From: an uncultured Oscillospiraceae bacterium
GTDB lineage: Bacteria; Bacillota; Clostridia; UBA1381; UBA9506
Length of the DNA stretch: 64,000 nucleotides
Assembly: GCA_964447945.1 (NCBI GenBank)
Contig: CAYUUO010000001.1
Location: 35,687 to 99,686 of the forward strand
Reading direction: 5' to 3'
Shown: positions 1-9,415 of the stretch, piece after piece
How positions within the stretch are numbered: the stretch's first letter is position 1
Layout of the letters: every line of letters begins with the position of its first letter
The notes under the pieces: model-generated
The model's input: the letters and a program-made list of their open reading frames with translations, nothing else
The model's database searches: none
Told to the model about the DNA's origin: nothing
Program-made: the position numbers and the translations under genes

Positions 1-2
1 AC

Positions 3-2354
3 GCCGTTTACGGCGGCTTGGCTCTGGGCTTTATCGCTGCTGCGGACAGCTTTTACCCGGAAGCGGATATAACCGGTGCGGCGGCTTGTAAGCTGGCGGT
101 TTGTTATGCAGGCTATCAGCCGGTTGCGGAGGCGCGGGGCGGCTATCCCTCCGGTTATGTGATGGTGGCGCGGCAGGAGAATTTTCTAAAAGGTACAGAC
201 ATTTCGGCCGATACGGCGGTGAGCTGCCGGGATGCAGTTGTTTTAGTGTTTAATTTGCTGATGGCGGACGCCATTTCGCCGTCAGTTGTCGGTGCGGAAA
301 CATCCTATTATAAAACAGGGGAAACAAATCTGGCCGCCTGGCATGGCATTTATTCGGCAGAAGGTGTTGTGAATGCAACGCCTTACAGTTCTTTAACGTC
401 CGGCAAACGGGTTTGGGAACGTCCGCAGATTGAGGTGGAGGGCGTTGCTTACGAAGCGGATTCTGTCGATGAAGCCCTCCTTGGCTTTCATTGCACCGCG
501 TATTATCGCCTGACAGAGCAACGTAATCGTCAATTGGTTCTGCTTTGGCCGAAAAATAATACGGAAACTGCCTTTGCGTTGAAAAACTATAGGGATTTGC
601 AGGGCAGAAAACTGGAATATTATGATGAAGAAAAAGATAAAAACAGTCAGCTCACGCTGGCAGACAGCCCTGTCATGCTTTTTAACGGACGCTATCTTCC
701 CTTTGATGCGTCCTATTTCTCGTTGACGGAGGGCAGCGCCCGGCTGGTGGACAATAACAATGACGGACGGGCTGAGATTGTATTTATCAGCAGCTATCGT
801 TATCTGGAGATAGACCACATCAGTCCCGTAGGTGGCACCATTGGTGACGCATATGACAGCAGTCAATCCCTGAATTTAAATGCCCGGGATACGATTTATC
901 GGCTGTTGGATATGGACGGTAATCCTTTAACGCTCTATGATCTGCAGGTGGGCGATATTCTGGCGGTTCAGGCCTCGGCCGACAATCTGTTCATCACGCT
1001 TTGGCTCTGCGAAAATTCCGTCAGCGGCACTGTAACGCAGGTAGACCTGCAGGATAACATGTTGTGGCTGGATAATGAAGCGTATGATGTATCGGATTAT
1101 TTAAAGGCTCATGACAGCAATGCCTTAAAGCCCGGCGTAACCGGAAATTTCCGTTTGGGTCTTGATAACCGGCTGGTTTCCTATACCGAGGCAGAGGGCA
1201 CCATGCAATATGCATACCTGATGGATTACACAAAAAGAACCGGCAGCTTTGCTTGCGGCCAGCTGAAGGCCTTCACACGCAGCGGTGAGATTAAAATTTT
1301 GAATCTGCCGGACAAGCTGACAGTTGACGGCGGCAGTGAAAAGCTGAAGCAGTCAGATTTCATCGAACGCTTGCGTAGCGGCAGCTATCCCTGCCCCTCG
1401 TTGGTGAAACTGGCCTATACAGCCGATGATGTGTTGCTGAAAATAGATTTTCCGGCACTGTTTGCTGAGGGGACAGACCCCAAAACGTTACCGGAGGATA
1501 ATTCACTCCTGCAATATCGGTTCTTTAATGATGAAGGACAGCAGCAAAAGGTTTTCCGGTACCGTTCCGCACCAAAATCCTGTATGCCCTATTTTAATCT
1601 GCTGGATACGGTAGTTTTCAAGATCCCGGCGGATTTGTCGGATGAAGAAAGCTTCTATGTCGGCGACAACAGCGGACTGCTGGATAATTCAGATTACGCC
1701 CTGTCTGTTTACGATTTGAACGAGGGCGGCTCTGCCGGCGCTGTTCTGTGGCGACGCAGCGGCAAAAGCGAAAGCTTTACCTATCACGACCCGACCTACA
1801 TTGTCGAGGCCGTTACGCAGGGCGTGGATGATGAAGGCAATCAGGTGCAGCTGGTAAAGACCTGGTCTTTGGGCACATATAAAACTCTGTATCTGGATTA
1901 TGGCTTTGACGTTTCTAAGCCTTCCGGCGCGGCACTGTGCGGCGGTGATATAATCCGGGTTAAGCTTGATAATCATAATAAAATAACGGCTATCTCAGTG
2001 GATTTTGACGCCTCCGGCGGCATACCGGTTCCCGGCAGTACAGACAGCAGCTTATACGGCGGCGCCAATATCAACCTTACGTATCAGTTCGGCAAGCTGT
2101 ATCGGGTCTATAACGGCTATGCATATTTATCCGATGCAAAGGATGTATTCGGCGATTATGATTATTCGTTTGCCAATCAGAAAAACTTTTATGTGCAAAC
2201 GCAGAACATTATTAAATACGATTCGCAGACTAAAAAGCTCAGACCAATCAAGCTGGAGGAGCTAAAGTCCTATGTTTCTGCCGGCCGTGATAACCATTAT
2301 GTTGTGCTGCGGCAAAGTATCTTTAACATTAACAGCATATACGTATATGAATAA
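3..2354 (+). CDS. Surface protein of unknown function, 5'-truncated by the window edge; paralog of 31065..33770
   Basis: The frame is open from position 3 with no stop upstream of the TTG at 18, so the N-terminus lies outside the window. It aligns by eye with the 31065..33770 product (GGYPSGYVMVARQENFLKG vs GGYPGGWLRAANQNKLLRG). The C-termini are similar (SIYVYE vs MIVLYE). The first residues resemble the tail of an SLH repeat. Confidence 0.75.
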   Translation, partial: AVYGGLALGFIAAADSFYPEADITGAAACKLAVCYAGYQPVAEARGGYPSGYVMVARQENFLKGTDISADTAVSCRDAVVLVFNLLMADAISPSVVGAETSYYKTGETNLAAWHGIYSAEGVVNATPYSSLTSGKRVWERPQIEVEGVAYEADSVDEALLGFHCTAYYRLTEQRNRQLVLLWPKNNTETAFALKNYRDLQGRKLEYYDEEKDKNSQLTLADSPVMLFNGRYLPFDASYFSLTEGSARLVDNNNDGRAEIVFISSYRYLEIDHISPVGGTIGDAYDSSQSLNLNARDTIYRLLDMDGNPLTLYDLQVGDILAVQASADNLFITLWLCENSVSGTVTQVDLQDNMLWLDNEAYDVSDYLKAHDSNALKPGVTGNFRLGLDNRLVSYTEAEGTMQYAYLMDYTKRTGSFACGQLKAFTRSGEIKILNLPDKLTVDGGSEKLKQSDFIERLRSGSYPCPSLVKLAYTADDVLLKIDFPALFAEGTDPKTLPEDNSLLQYRFFNDEGQQQKVFRYRSAPKSCMPYFNLLDTVVFKIPADLSDEESFYVGDNSGLLDNSDYALSVYDLNEGGSAGAVLWRRSGKSESFTYHDPTYIVEAVTQGVDDEGNQVQLVKTWSLGTYKTLYLDYGFDVSKPSGAALCGGDIIRVKLDNHNKITAISVDFDASGGIPVPGSTDSSLYGGANINLTYQFGKLYRVYNGYAYLSDAKDVFGDYDYSFANQKNFYVQTQNIIKYDSQTKKLRPIKLEELKSYVSAGRDNHYVVLRQSIFNINSIYVYE

Positions 2355-2368
2355 AAGGAGGGAACAGC

Positions 2369-5300
2369 ATGAAAAGATGTTTTTTCGGCATTCTGCTGGC
2401 CGGCATTCTGCTGCTGCAGCTGCTGCCTGTTTCGGCGGCGCCTGTGGGCGATGCGGTGATTGTCAGTGAGGGCTTTAACAGTCTGGTGACCAACCAGCGT
2501 ACGTCCTTAGGCGCTGTTACTGTGCAGGGCACAAGCGGCCGGGTCGTTGAATGGAAAAAAGGCGATAAGGCCCTTTATGTTGCGGAAAGCGATTCCTCCA
2601 CCAAAACGGCGTCCGTTTCCTTTACAAGCGGAGCCTTAGCGTCGGAGTTTGTCTATTCCATGGACATTAAAAAAAGCCGTGAATCCCAGTCGCTGACGGC
2701 TACCATCGGTCTGGCCGGCAGCACCACCAAGTATCCGGCTGTTATCATTGAGGATAATGTTCTCCGTCTGGCAGACGGCAAGGAGCTGGGCGGCATTACG
2801 GCCAGCGGTTTTACAAACCTTACCTTATTATATAATACGTCTGCTAAGGTGTTAACGGTTTATGTGAATCAGAAAAAGGTTGTGGAGGGCTGGATATTCA
2901 ATAATATTGGTACGGTGTATTCCACAGCCTATATCACCTCACCGGCCTCCGGCGGCAGCTTTTATCTTGACAATATTCAGCTGTATCAGGGCCGTGAGCC
3001 GCGGCAGGTTGCCGTCAAGCCCTATACGCCGGAAACAGTAGACGATGTGTATATTGATGAGGATCCTTCTGATTTTACATATTTCCGCAGTAACTCGGTG
3101 CTGACGGCGGCAAAAAATTACTATAACTATACCGCCACACCGAAGGACGGCAATAAGATAACAGCGGAACGGTTTGATTATAAAAATCCTGAACGCGGCT
3201 CCGACATTGTTTTCAGCAAGGGTTCCCTTTCTAACGACTGCTATATTGATATCACCACAGTGAAGCCCAGCCAGTGGGAGAGCGAGAGAACCTATCAGTA
3301 TTTCTATCTGGCGGCGGATGTCTGGATGGAAAACGAGGACATGGATGCCAACTTCTTTGTCATTCGGGATAAGGAGGCAACCGGACAGCCGCTTTCCTAT
3401 CTGCTTCGCTCAAACGGCAGCACGCTGATTACAAACAGCAGCAAGCGGTATGCCGGTAAGCTGAAGAAACAGGAATGGACCACGATAGAAATCTATCTGG
3501 ATTTAAATGCAAGAGGCGCCGATATTTATATTGACGGTGTGCCGCTGGAGGCAGGCGTGTCCTTTAACAACCTGACCAAAAAGCTGGGCATGACCCGTAT
3601 CGGTCTGATGAGCAGCTCCGGCCTGGGAACTATGCGCCTGCGCAATGTTGAAGTGACGGGTCTTGTGAAAAAGCCCAAGGACGCGGTGATTGAACGCACC
3701 AGCGTTTACGGCGACACGTCATCCATCACGGAATATTTAAGCAACAAGATCAGCTTTCATCATTATGCCGAGATTTTGTATAAAAACAGTGTCAAAACAC
3801 CGCTGACAGACGCGACAGTTTATGAAAATGATGAATTATATGTTTCAGAGGCGGATTTAAAACAGGCTTTTTCTGTCGATTTTACCTATGATTCCGCAAA
3901 AGACGCCGTCACGCTGAACGGTCAGGAAATTGCGCTGGGAAAAGCGGCGGTCAAGAATGAGGCAGGCATTTTGCTGATTCCGGCCAAGGCCTTTGGTGAG
4001 AAAGTCTTGTCTAAGCATGTTTTGGACGATGGCTACGGCATGGTTATCTTTTCCGACGAGGCCATGTACTGGGATTTGGACAGTGAAGTGCCGCATTATA
4101 TGCAGGAATATGTTGTCGGGCATTTCACCCGTCCTTCCGTGCTGCAGCAGATCAACGCCTATCTGACCTTTGAGCGTCCCCCTGCCGCAACGATTCGGGC
4201 TGCCTTTAATGAGAAAACAAACGGCGGCACGGTTCATCCCCGGTTAATGGGCACCCGGGAAGATTTTGAAAATATTCTAAAGCAGGCGGAAACAGATGAG
4301 GTGCTGAGTCGGCTGATTCAGCAGGTGGTTAAGCAGGCGGATGCCATTATTCCGAAAACTCCGGTTTATTACTATTATAATGATACCTACAGAACCTGGA
4401 ATATGGCGTTTCAGTTTATGCGCCAGATGGAACAGCTGGGGCTGGCGTATCAGCTGACCGGCGACCAGAAATATGCAGACCGCGCCTGGCTGGATATTCA
4501 AAGCGTGTGCAGCTTCCCGGATCTTAACGAAGCCCACGCCATTGACTGCGGCATGTATATGACAGGCCTGGCCTTAGGCTATGACTGGCTGTATCACGCC
4601 CTGACCGAGGAACAGCGCAGCATTATGTCTGAGGCGACGTTCCGCATGGGTATTAACGTTATGGACAGAGCCTTTTACATGGGTCTGCCCGGCGGTGCGA
4701 TTTATTCAACAACACAGGAATCCATGCAGGCCACCTCTTATTTCACTAAATGGCGCAGTAACTATGTGCCCTATATTACGGTTGGCTTAATCGGCGCCGG
4801 CCTGGCTTTTGCCGAGGAATCGCCCGATGTTTGCTTTGATTTAATTGAAAAAGCATTGCGCGCCACTGAATACGCCATGTTCGGCCTTGTGCCGGACGGC
4901 GCGTGGATTGAGGGCGTTGATTACTGGGAGGTTACCGTTGCCAATACCTGCCGGATTATGTCCTTCCTGCAAACCTCGGTGGGCACGGACTATAACATCT
5001 GGAAATGCCAAGGCTTCCGGGAATCTGCCCGGGCGAAGGCCTCTGAGGAATCCTTCCACGGCAGTATTGCCCACTCCGATGCCACGCAAAACGGCGGCGC
5101 CGTTACCTCCTATTGCTATCCCTGGTATGCCAAGGTGCTGGGACAGAACGATCTGGCGGCGCTGCGGCAGCTGTATCTGCTGGAGGACTATGCGGCGCAG
5201 TATGGACTCAGCACCCCGACGGTGCTGGGACTGGATATTTTATATTACACCCAGGCGGATTTGGAGGATGCAAAGCATTTCCCGGTTGTGCAGACCTTCC

Positions 5301-6721
5301 GGGGCCTGGAGTCCTTCAGCGTGCGGGAAAATTATGCGGACCCCACCTCATTTTTCTTCTTCTCTCAGGCAGGGCAGGCCTTCCACTATCACGGTCACAA
5401 CGACTGCGGCAGCTTTGCTTTTGAGATGGATGACGTCCGCTGGGCCATTGATTTGGGTAAGGATGATTACGGCCTCAACCAGACCGGTAAATATTATCTG
5501 GTGTACAGAAAGCGTACAGAGGGCCATAACACGCTTACCATCAACAATAACGATGGCTGGAACCAGAAGGAGGATGAATATTCGGCGCTGATTCGCTGTG
5601 AGGAAGGCGTCGGCGGCGCCTATGCCGTTTATGACATGTCTGACCTGTATCAGGATGCCACAAAGGTACAGCGCGGATTTTATATTGATGAGGATTACTC
5701 GGTCGTGACGGTTCGCGATGAAATTGAGCTGACGAAAAACAGCGAGGTTTGGTGGTTTATGCACACCCAGGCCGATATTGAAATTCTGGATAAAACCACG
5801 GCGCTGCTGACCAAGGACGGGAAAAGCCTGATTATGCAGTTTGCCACAGACTGCCCGGATTTTGAGCTTTCCGTCATGGATGCCGCGCCCCTGCCCGGGC
5901 CGTCGGCAGCGGAAGGACAAAACGCGAACAAGGGCATCCGCAAGGTGGCTCTGCGGTTAAACGGCAGCGGCACTATGAACATTACCGTTCGCATGAGCAC
6001 ACAGGGCAGCGGCGTTATTAAGGATGAGCCCATCAGCCAGTGGCAGGCACCGTCAAGCCACGCCGGCTCCCAATACGATTTTGGCTATCAGCTCTATGTT
6101 GACGATAAGCTAATGACCGATCCTTCCGTGATTCCTGTTTTGGATCCGGGGACAATACCCTCGTGGCGCATCGTTCCCAACGACCCGTCCATGCAGGTAA
6201 CCGTGGAAAGAGATCCGAAAAAGGCCGGTGAAACCGTGGCGCTGACCCTCACCAGTGCCGACGGCTCTGCCGCGTCCTATAAGCGTTTGACCTATGCAAC
6301 GGCTTCGGCGGCCATGCTGGAATTTTTCACGGTTCATAAGCCTGTGACAGCCAACGCCAGCGAGGAGCCTGAGCCGGCCAACAACGCGGCGAATCTGACA
6401 GATGGTAGTACCAACACCAAATGGTGCGGCAAATCGGAGGGTGCCAACGTGGTATTGGATTACGGTGAGGTTATTACCTTTGATACCATGTCCATTGCGT
6501 ACTGGAAGGGCGACGAGCGGCAATATACCGCAACGATTTACGCATCTAATGACGGCGTGAATTACACGCTGGTGGATACCCTTGTTTCCGGCGGTAAGAG
6601 CGACAGCTATGAGCTGTACCGTCTGGGTAAAACCGTCACGGCCCGCTATATTAAGCTGGTCAGCGGCGGCAGCACAGCCAACAAATATACCAATCCGACA
6701 GAGATTTTGATTTTACAGTAG
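2369..6721 (+). CDS. Secreted multidomain polysaccharide lyase, heparinase II/III-like, with an N-terminal ConA/LamG-like domain and a C-terminal F5/8 type C (discoidin/CBM32-like) domain
   Basis: The RBS aaaaggaggg precedes the ATG, and there is a signal peptide (LLLLQLLPVSAAP). Heparinase II/III-type motifs are HPRLMGTREDFENI and HYHGHNDCGSFAFEMDDVRWAIDLG...EGHNTLTINN. A stretch around residues 470-560 resembles the copper amine oxidase N-terminal-like stalk domain (tentative). The C-terminus NLTDGSTNTKWCG...YASNDGVNYTLV is typical of discoidin domains. Confidence 0.85.
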   Translation: MKRCFFGILLAGILLLQLLPVSAAPVGDAVIVSEGFNSLVTNQRTSLGAVTVQGTSGRVVEWKKGDKALYVAESDSSTKTASVSFTSGALASEFVYSMDIKKSRESQSLTATIGLAGSTTKYPAVIIEDNVLRLADGKELGGITASGFTNLTLLYNTSAKVLTVYVNQKKVVEGWIFNNIGTVYSTAYITSPASGGSFYLDNIQLYQGREPRQVAVKPYTPETVDDVYIDEDPSDFTYFRSNSVLTAAKNYYNYTATPKDGNKITAERFDYKNPERGSDIVFSKGSLSNDCYIDITTVKPSQWESERTYQYFYLAADVWMENEDMDANFFVIRDKEATGQPLSYLLRSNGSTLITNSSKRYAGKLKKQEWTTIEIYLDLNARGADIYIDGVPLEAGVSFNNLTKKLGMTRIGLMSSSGLGTMRLRNVEVTGLVKKPKDAVIERTSVYGDTSSITEYLSNKISFHHYAEILYKNSVKTPLTDATVYENDELYVSEADLKQAFSVDFTYDSAKDAVTLNGQEIALGKAAVKNEAGILLIPAKAFGEKVLSKHVLDDGYGMVIFSDEAMYWDLDSEVPHYMQEYVVGHFTRPSVLQQINAYLTFERPPAATIRAAFNEKTNGGTVHPRLMGTREDFENILKQAETDEVLSRLIQQVVKQADAIIPKTPVYYYYNDTYRTWNMAFQFMRQMEQLGLAYQLTGDQKYADRAWLDIQSVCSFPDLNEAHAIDCGMYMTGLALGYDWLYHALTEEQRSIMSEATFRMGINVMDRAFYMGLPGGAIYSTTQESMQATSYFTKWRSNYVPYITVGLIGAGLAFAEESPDVCFDLIEKALRATEYAMFGLVPDGAWIEGVDYWEVTVANTCRIMSFLQTSVGTDYNIWKCQGFRESARAKASEESFHGSIAHSDATQNGGAVTSYCYPWYAKVLGQNDLAALRQLYLLEDYAAQYGLSTPTVLGLDILYYTQADLEDAKHFPVVQTFRGLESFSVRENYADPTSFFFFSQAGQAFHYHGHNDCGSFAFEMDDVRWAIDLGKDDYGLNQTGKYYLVYRKRTEGHNTLTINNNDGWNQKEDEYSALIRCEEGVGGAYAVYDMSDLYQDATKVQRGFYIDEDYSVVTVRDEIELTKNSEVWWFMHTQADIEILDKTTALLTKDGKSLIMQFATDCPDFELSVMDAAPLPGPSAAEGQNANKGIRKVALRLNGSGTMNITVRMSTQGSGVIKDEPISQWQAPSSHAGSQYDFGYQLYVDDKLMTDPSVIPVLDPGTIPSWRIVPNDPSMQVTVERDPKKAGETVALTLTSADGSAASYKRLTYATASAAMLEFFTVHKPVTANASEEPEPANNAANLTDGSTNTKWCGKSEGANVVLDYGEVITFDTMSIAYWKGDERQYTATIYASNDGVNYTLVDTLVSGGKSDSYELYRLGKTVTARYIKLVSGGSTANKYTNPTEILILQ

Positions 6722-6730
6722 CCGCACATG

Positions 6731-6757
6731 GCCGTGCAGACGTCAGGCCTGCACGGC
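6731..6757 (+). other. Intercistronic stem-loop with a 9-bp GC-rich stem and no U-tract
   Basis: gccgtgcag (6731-6739) pairs with ctgcacggc (6749-6757), directly after the lyase stop codon. Confidence 0.4.
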
Positions 6758-6797
6758 TGCGGCGGGGCTTTGAATGTTTTATGGAAGGAGAGGAGTT

Positions 6798-9203
6798 ATG
6801 AAGAAGCTATTTTGTTTTCTCCTGTGCGCGTTAATGGCACTGTCATTGTGTCCGTTGAGCCTGGCGGCAGAAACACCAACGATCCCGAAGATTGTGTTGT
6901 CGGATACGGATTTTTCTCATACGATCAGCACAAACAGCTCAAACCAGAGAACCTTTAACTTTAATTCCGGGCTCATCGCTCCGGAATATGGCGGTGTTAT
7001 TGAAACGGTGACTCTGCCCGGCGAGGAGGATCGACGCGGAACCAGCCTGAAAATTGGTCTGGTGCAGCAAAGCGCGTCACTGCCCAGCCTGAATGTCCCC
7101 ATCACTTCTCTGTATGGCAGCAGTGACGATGGAGAGCTGACCTTAGATTATGATTTATACATTAATGAAATTAAAGAGATGGTTACGGGCGAAATGAAAG
7201 CCTCCACCGTCCGTTTCGGATTCTACGGCGCAAACAGCGATGTGCTGCTGTATTGGTCCAAGCGAACCGACGGTCGCAACTTGCGCGCCTATGCCAACGG
7301 TGCATCGGGGTATGGGCAGTTTTACGAGTTTGCCGAGAAGCAATGGTATAAGCTTCGCTTAGAGCTTGCCTGGACGAAAGCAAATGGAACCTATAGCTAT
7401 ACCTACAATATGTATTATGCGCCCTATGAGGATGGTTCGGATGTTTGCGAAGAGGATGCTTTCACGCAGATTCTGGCGAATGCTTCTGTTTCAACAGCCA
7501 AGCAAATCACGCAGCTTCGTATCTATTGTCCGCGCCTTGCGGCAGCAGCAACATGGTTTGCCATTGATAACGTTACGGTGAAACAGCCTGTGCCGCCGCC
7601 GGATATTGCCGGCCTGGGCTATGAGACAGAAGACGGCATCACATGCGCGGTGGAAACCGGCGGCAACATCCCCCACACGGCGCAAAAGCTGGCGGTGCGG
7701 CTGACAGACTCTGTTTACCGCGTGAATAACGGTGATGTGCTGGTTAAGGTGAACGGCCGGGAGCTTGCCGTTAGTGAAACAACGTATGACGAGGAGAGCA
7801 AATCTGTTTGGCTGACGCTGGCAGAACCGCTGGAGGAACCGGCTGCCGGTCAAGTTGTTCTGACAGAGGCTGTAGAGGTCAGCGAGGGCGTTTATCTACC
7901 GGTTGTACGCACAGCGGGATTTACGGTTCCGGAGGCCAAGCTGCAGCTGTCACTGCTGGTAGATGGCGACTTTGCCGTTGCCGAGGAAACCAGCACCGAC
8001 AGCGCCGGTCATTATCTGGTCTTAGAAAACGGTATGACGGCATATGACGGCGCTGGCTATGCGAGCGTCAGCACCACTGTGCCGCAAAGCGACGGCCCCT
8101 GTCTTGTGGTGGGCCTGGATGCAGTCGATCCGGATCGGCCGACCAGTCTGCCCCGTGCCATTATTGACCTTCCCGATCTGTCATCCTACGGGGCAGAGAA
8201 CCTGACGCTGGATTTTAAAATTTATATTTCGCAGAAAACACATAACGGTGACGGCAATAATTTCAGGCTGATGTTATACGGCAACAGTGCAACGCCTGCC
8301 CTGACGCTGGGCAGCACAGTTAAAGCGGGCACGGCGAATCAGGGCTATACAGCGGCAAGCTGGCACAGCGTTCGCCTGAAGGTGCGCTGGACGGCAACCG
8401 GTCAGGACACTTACCAATATACCTATGATGTGTATTGGGACGGTCAGCTGCTGGCAGAGCAGGCGGCGGCGCCGGCTGCGCTTACAAAGCTGACAGCTTT
8501 GCGGTTCTATGCACCGTATTATGAACCATATACGGCCTATATGGCGCTGGATGATATATCCCTGCAGACGGAGAAAAAACGCCCGGACATTCTGGGCTTT
8601 GGTTTCGGAGGCAACCTGTGCGAAGACGGTTTCATTGACTACCGCACCAATATCGCAGAGGTTTATCTGACCAATTCCGTAGAAAGCGTTTCGGCCGATC
8701 AGGTGCAGCTCAGCCGGAGCGGCATTCCGGTGACGCTCACCGGCGTCGGATTGGATATGTCAGGGCGACGGCTGCTGCTGCGTACGGCTGAGTCATTTTT
8801 GCCCAATACAACCTATGAGGTGGTTCTGGGCGAAGATATTGCGGTTATGCAGGGTACGCCGCTGGGACGGGCGAGAACCGGCAGCTTTATCACCACAACA
8901 GAAGCCGTTAATATCACGGATGTGACAATAACGGAAGCAGCTGACAGCATTCAGATAACAGCGAAGGCAAAAAACACCCAGACGGAAGAACAGACGGCTT
9001 GTCTGTTGGGCGGCCTGTGGCGCGGCAAACAGTTTTTAGGCGTCCGTGCCGTTACCTGCCGGTTGGCGGCCGGAGAGGAAAAGCCCTTATCTCTGGAAAT
9101 CGCAGATTTAGCGGCAGGCGACCGGGTGGAGCTATCCGGTTGGGACAGCCTGGCAGGGGTTAAGCTGTTCACCCGGGGCGTAACCGTTTACGCAAAGCCT
9201 TAA
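6798..9203 (+). CDS. Secreted protein with two tandem ConA/LamG-like modules, each followed by an Ig-like beta-sandwich region; putative glycan-binding protein
   Basis: The RBS ggaaggagagg precedes the ATG at 6798, and the signal peptide is MKKLFCFLLCALMALSLCPLSLAAE. The protein has an internal duplication (FGFYGANSD...YSYTYNMYY...WFAIDNVTV vs FRLMLYGNS...YQYTYDVYW...YMALDDISL). The ..lDnv.v ending is typical of ConA-like lectin/LamG domains. Confidence 0.7.
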   Translation: MKKLFCFLLCALMALSLCPLSLAAETPTIPKIVLSDTDFSHTISTNSSNQRTFNFNSGLIAPEYGGVIETVTLPGEEDRRGTSLKIGLVQQSASLPSLNVPITSLYGSSDDGELTLDYDLYINEIKEMVTGEMKASTVRFGFYGANSDVLLYWSKRTDGRNLRAYANGASGYGQFYEFAEKQWYKLRLELAWTKANGTYSYTYNMYYAPYEDGSDVCEEDAFTQILANASVSTAKQITQLRIYCPRLAAAATWFAIDNVTVKQPVPPPDIAGLGYETEDGITCAVETGGNIPHTAQKLAVRLTDSVYRVNNGDVLVKVNGRELAVSETTYDEESKSVWLTLAEPLEEPAAGQVVLTEAVEVSEGVYLPVVRTAGFTVPEAKLQLSLLVDGDFAVAEETSTDSAGHYLVLENGMTAYDGAGYASVSTTVPQSDGPCLVVGLDAVDPDRPTSLPRAIIDLPDLSSYGAENLTLDFKIYISQKTHNGDGNNFRLMLYGNSATPALTLGSTVKAGTANQGYTAASWHSVRLKVRWTATGQDTYQYTYDVYWDGQLLAEQAAAPAALTKLTALRFYAPYYEPYTAYMALDDISLQTEKKRPDILGFGFGGNLCEDGFIDYRTNIAEVYLTNSVESVSADQVQLSRSGIPVTLTGVGLDMSGRRLLLRTAESFLPNTTYEVVLGEDIAVMQGTPLGRARTGSFITTTEAVNITDVTITEAADSIQITAKAKNTQTEEQTACLLGGLWRGKQFLGVRAVTCRLAAGEEKPLSLEIADLAAGDRVELSGWDSLAGVKLFTRGVTVYAKP

Positions 9204-9415
9204 GACTTTACGTTATCTTTTCAGCTTGTCGGAAATTCACCCTGACCGCGGCTTAAGCTCTTTCCTGCAAGGGGCGCATACCCTTCCGCTAGAGGGACAC
9301 CAAGCCTGTCAGCCCGTGTTCTGATAGGGCATGGCAGACAAAGGGGCGGTAAGCATATGGCAGGGTTGATCGACACGCTTCATATACATTTAAAACTTTA
9401 GAAAGGATGACTCCC

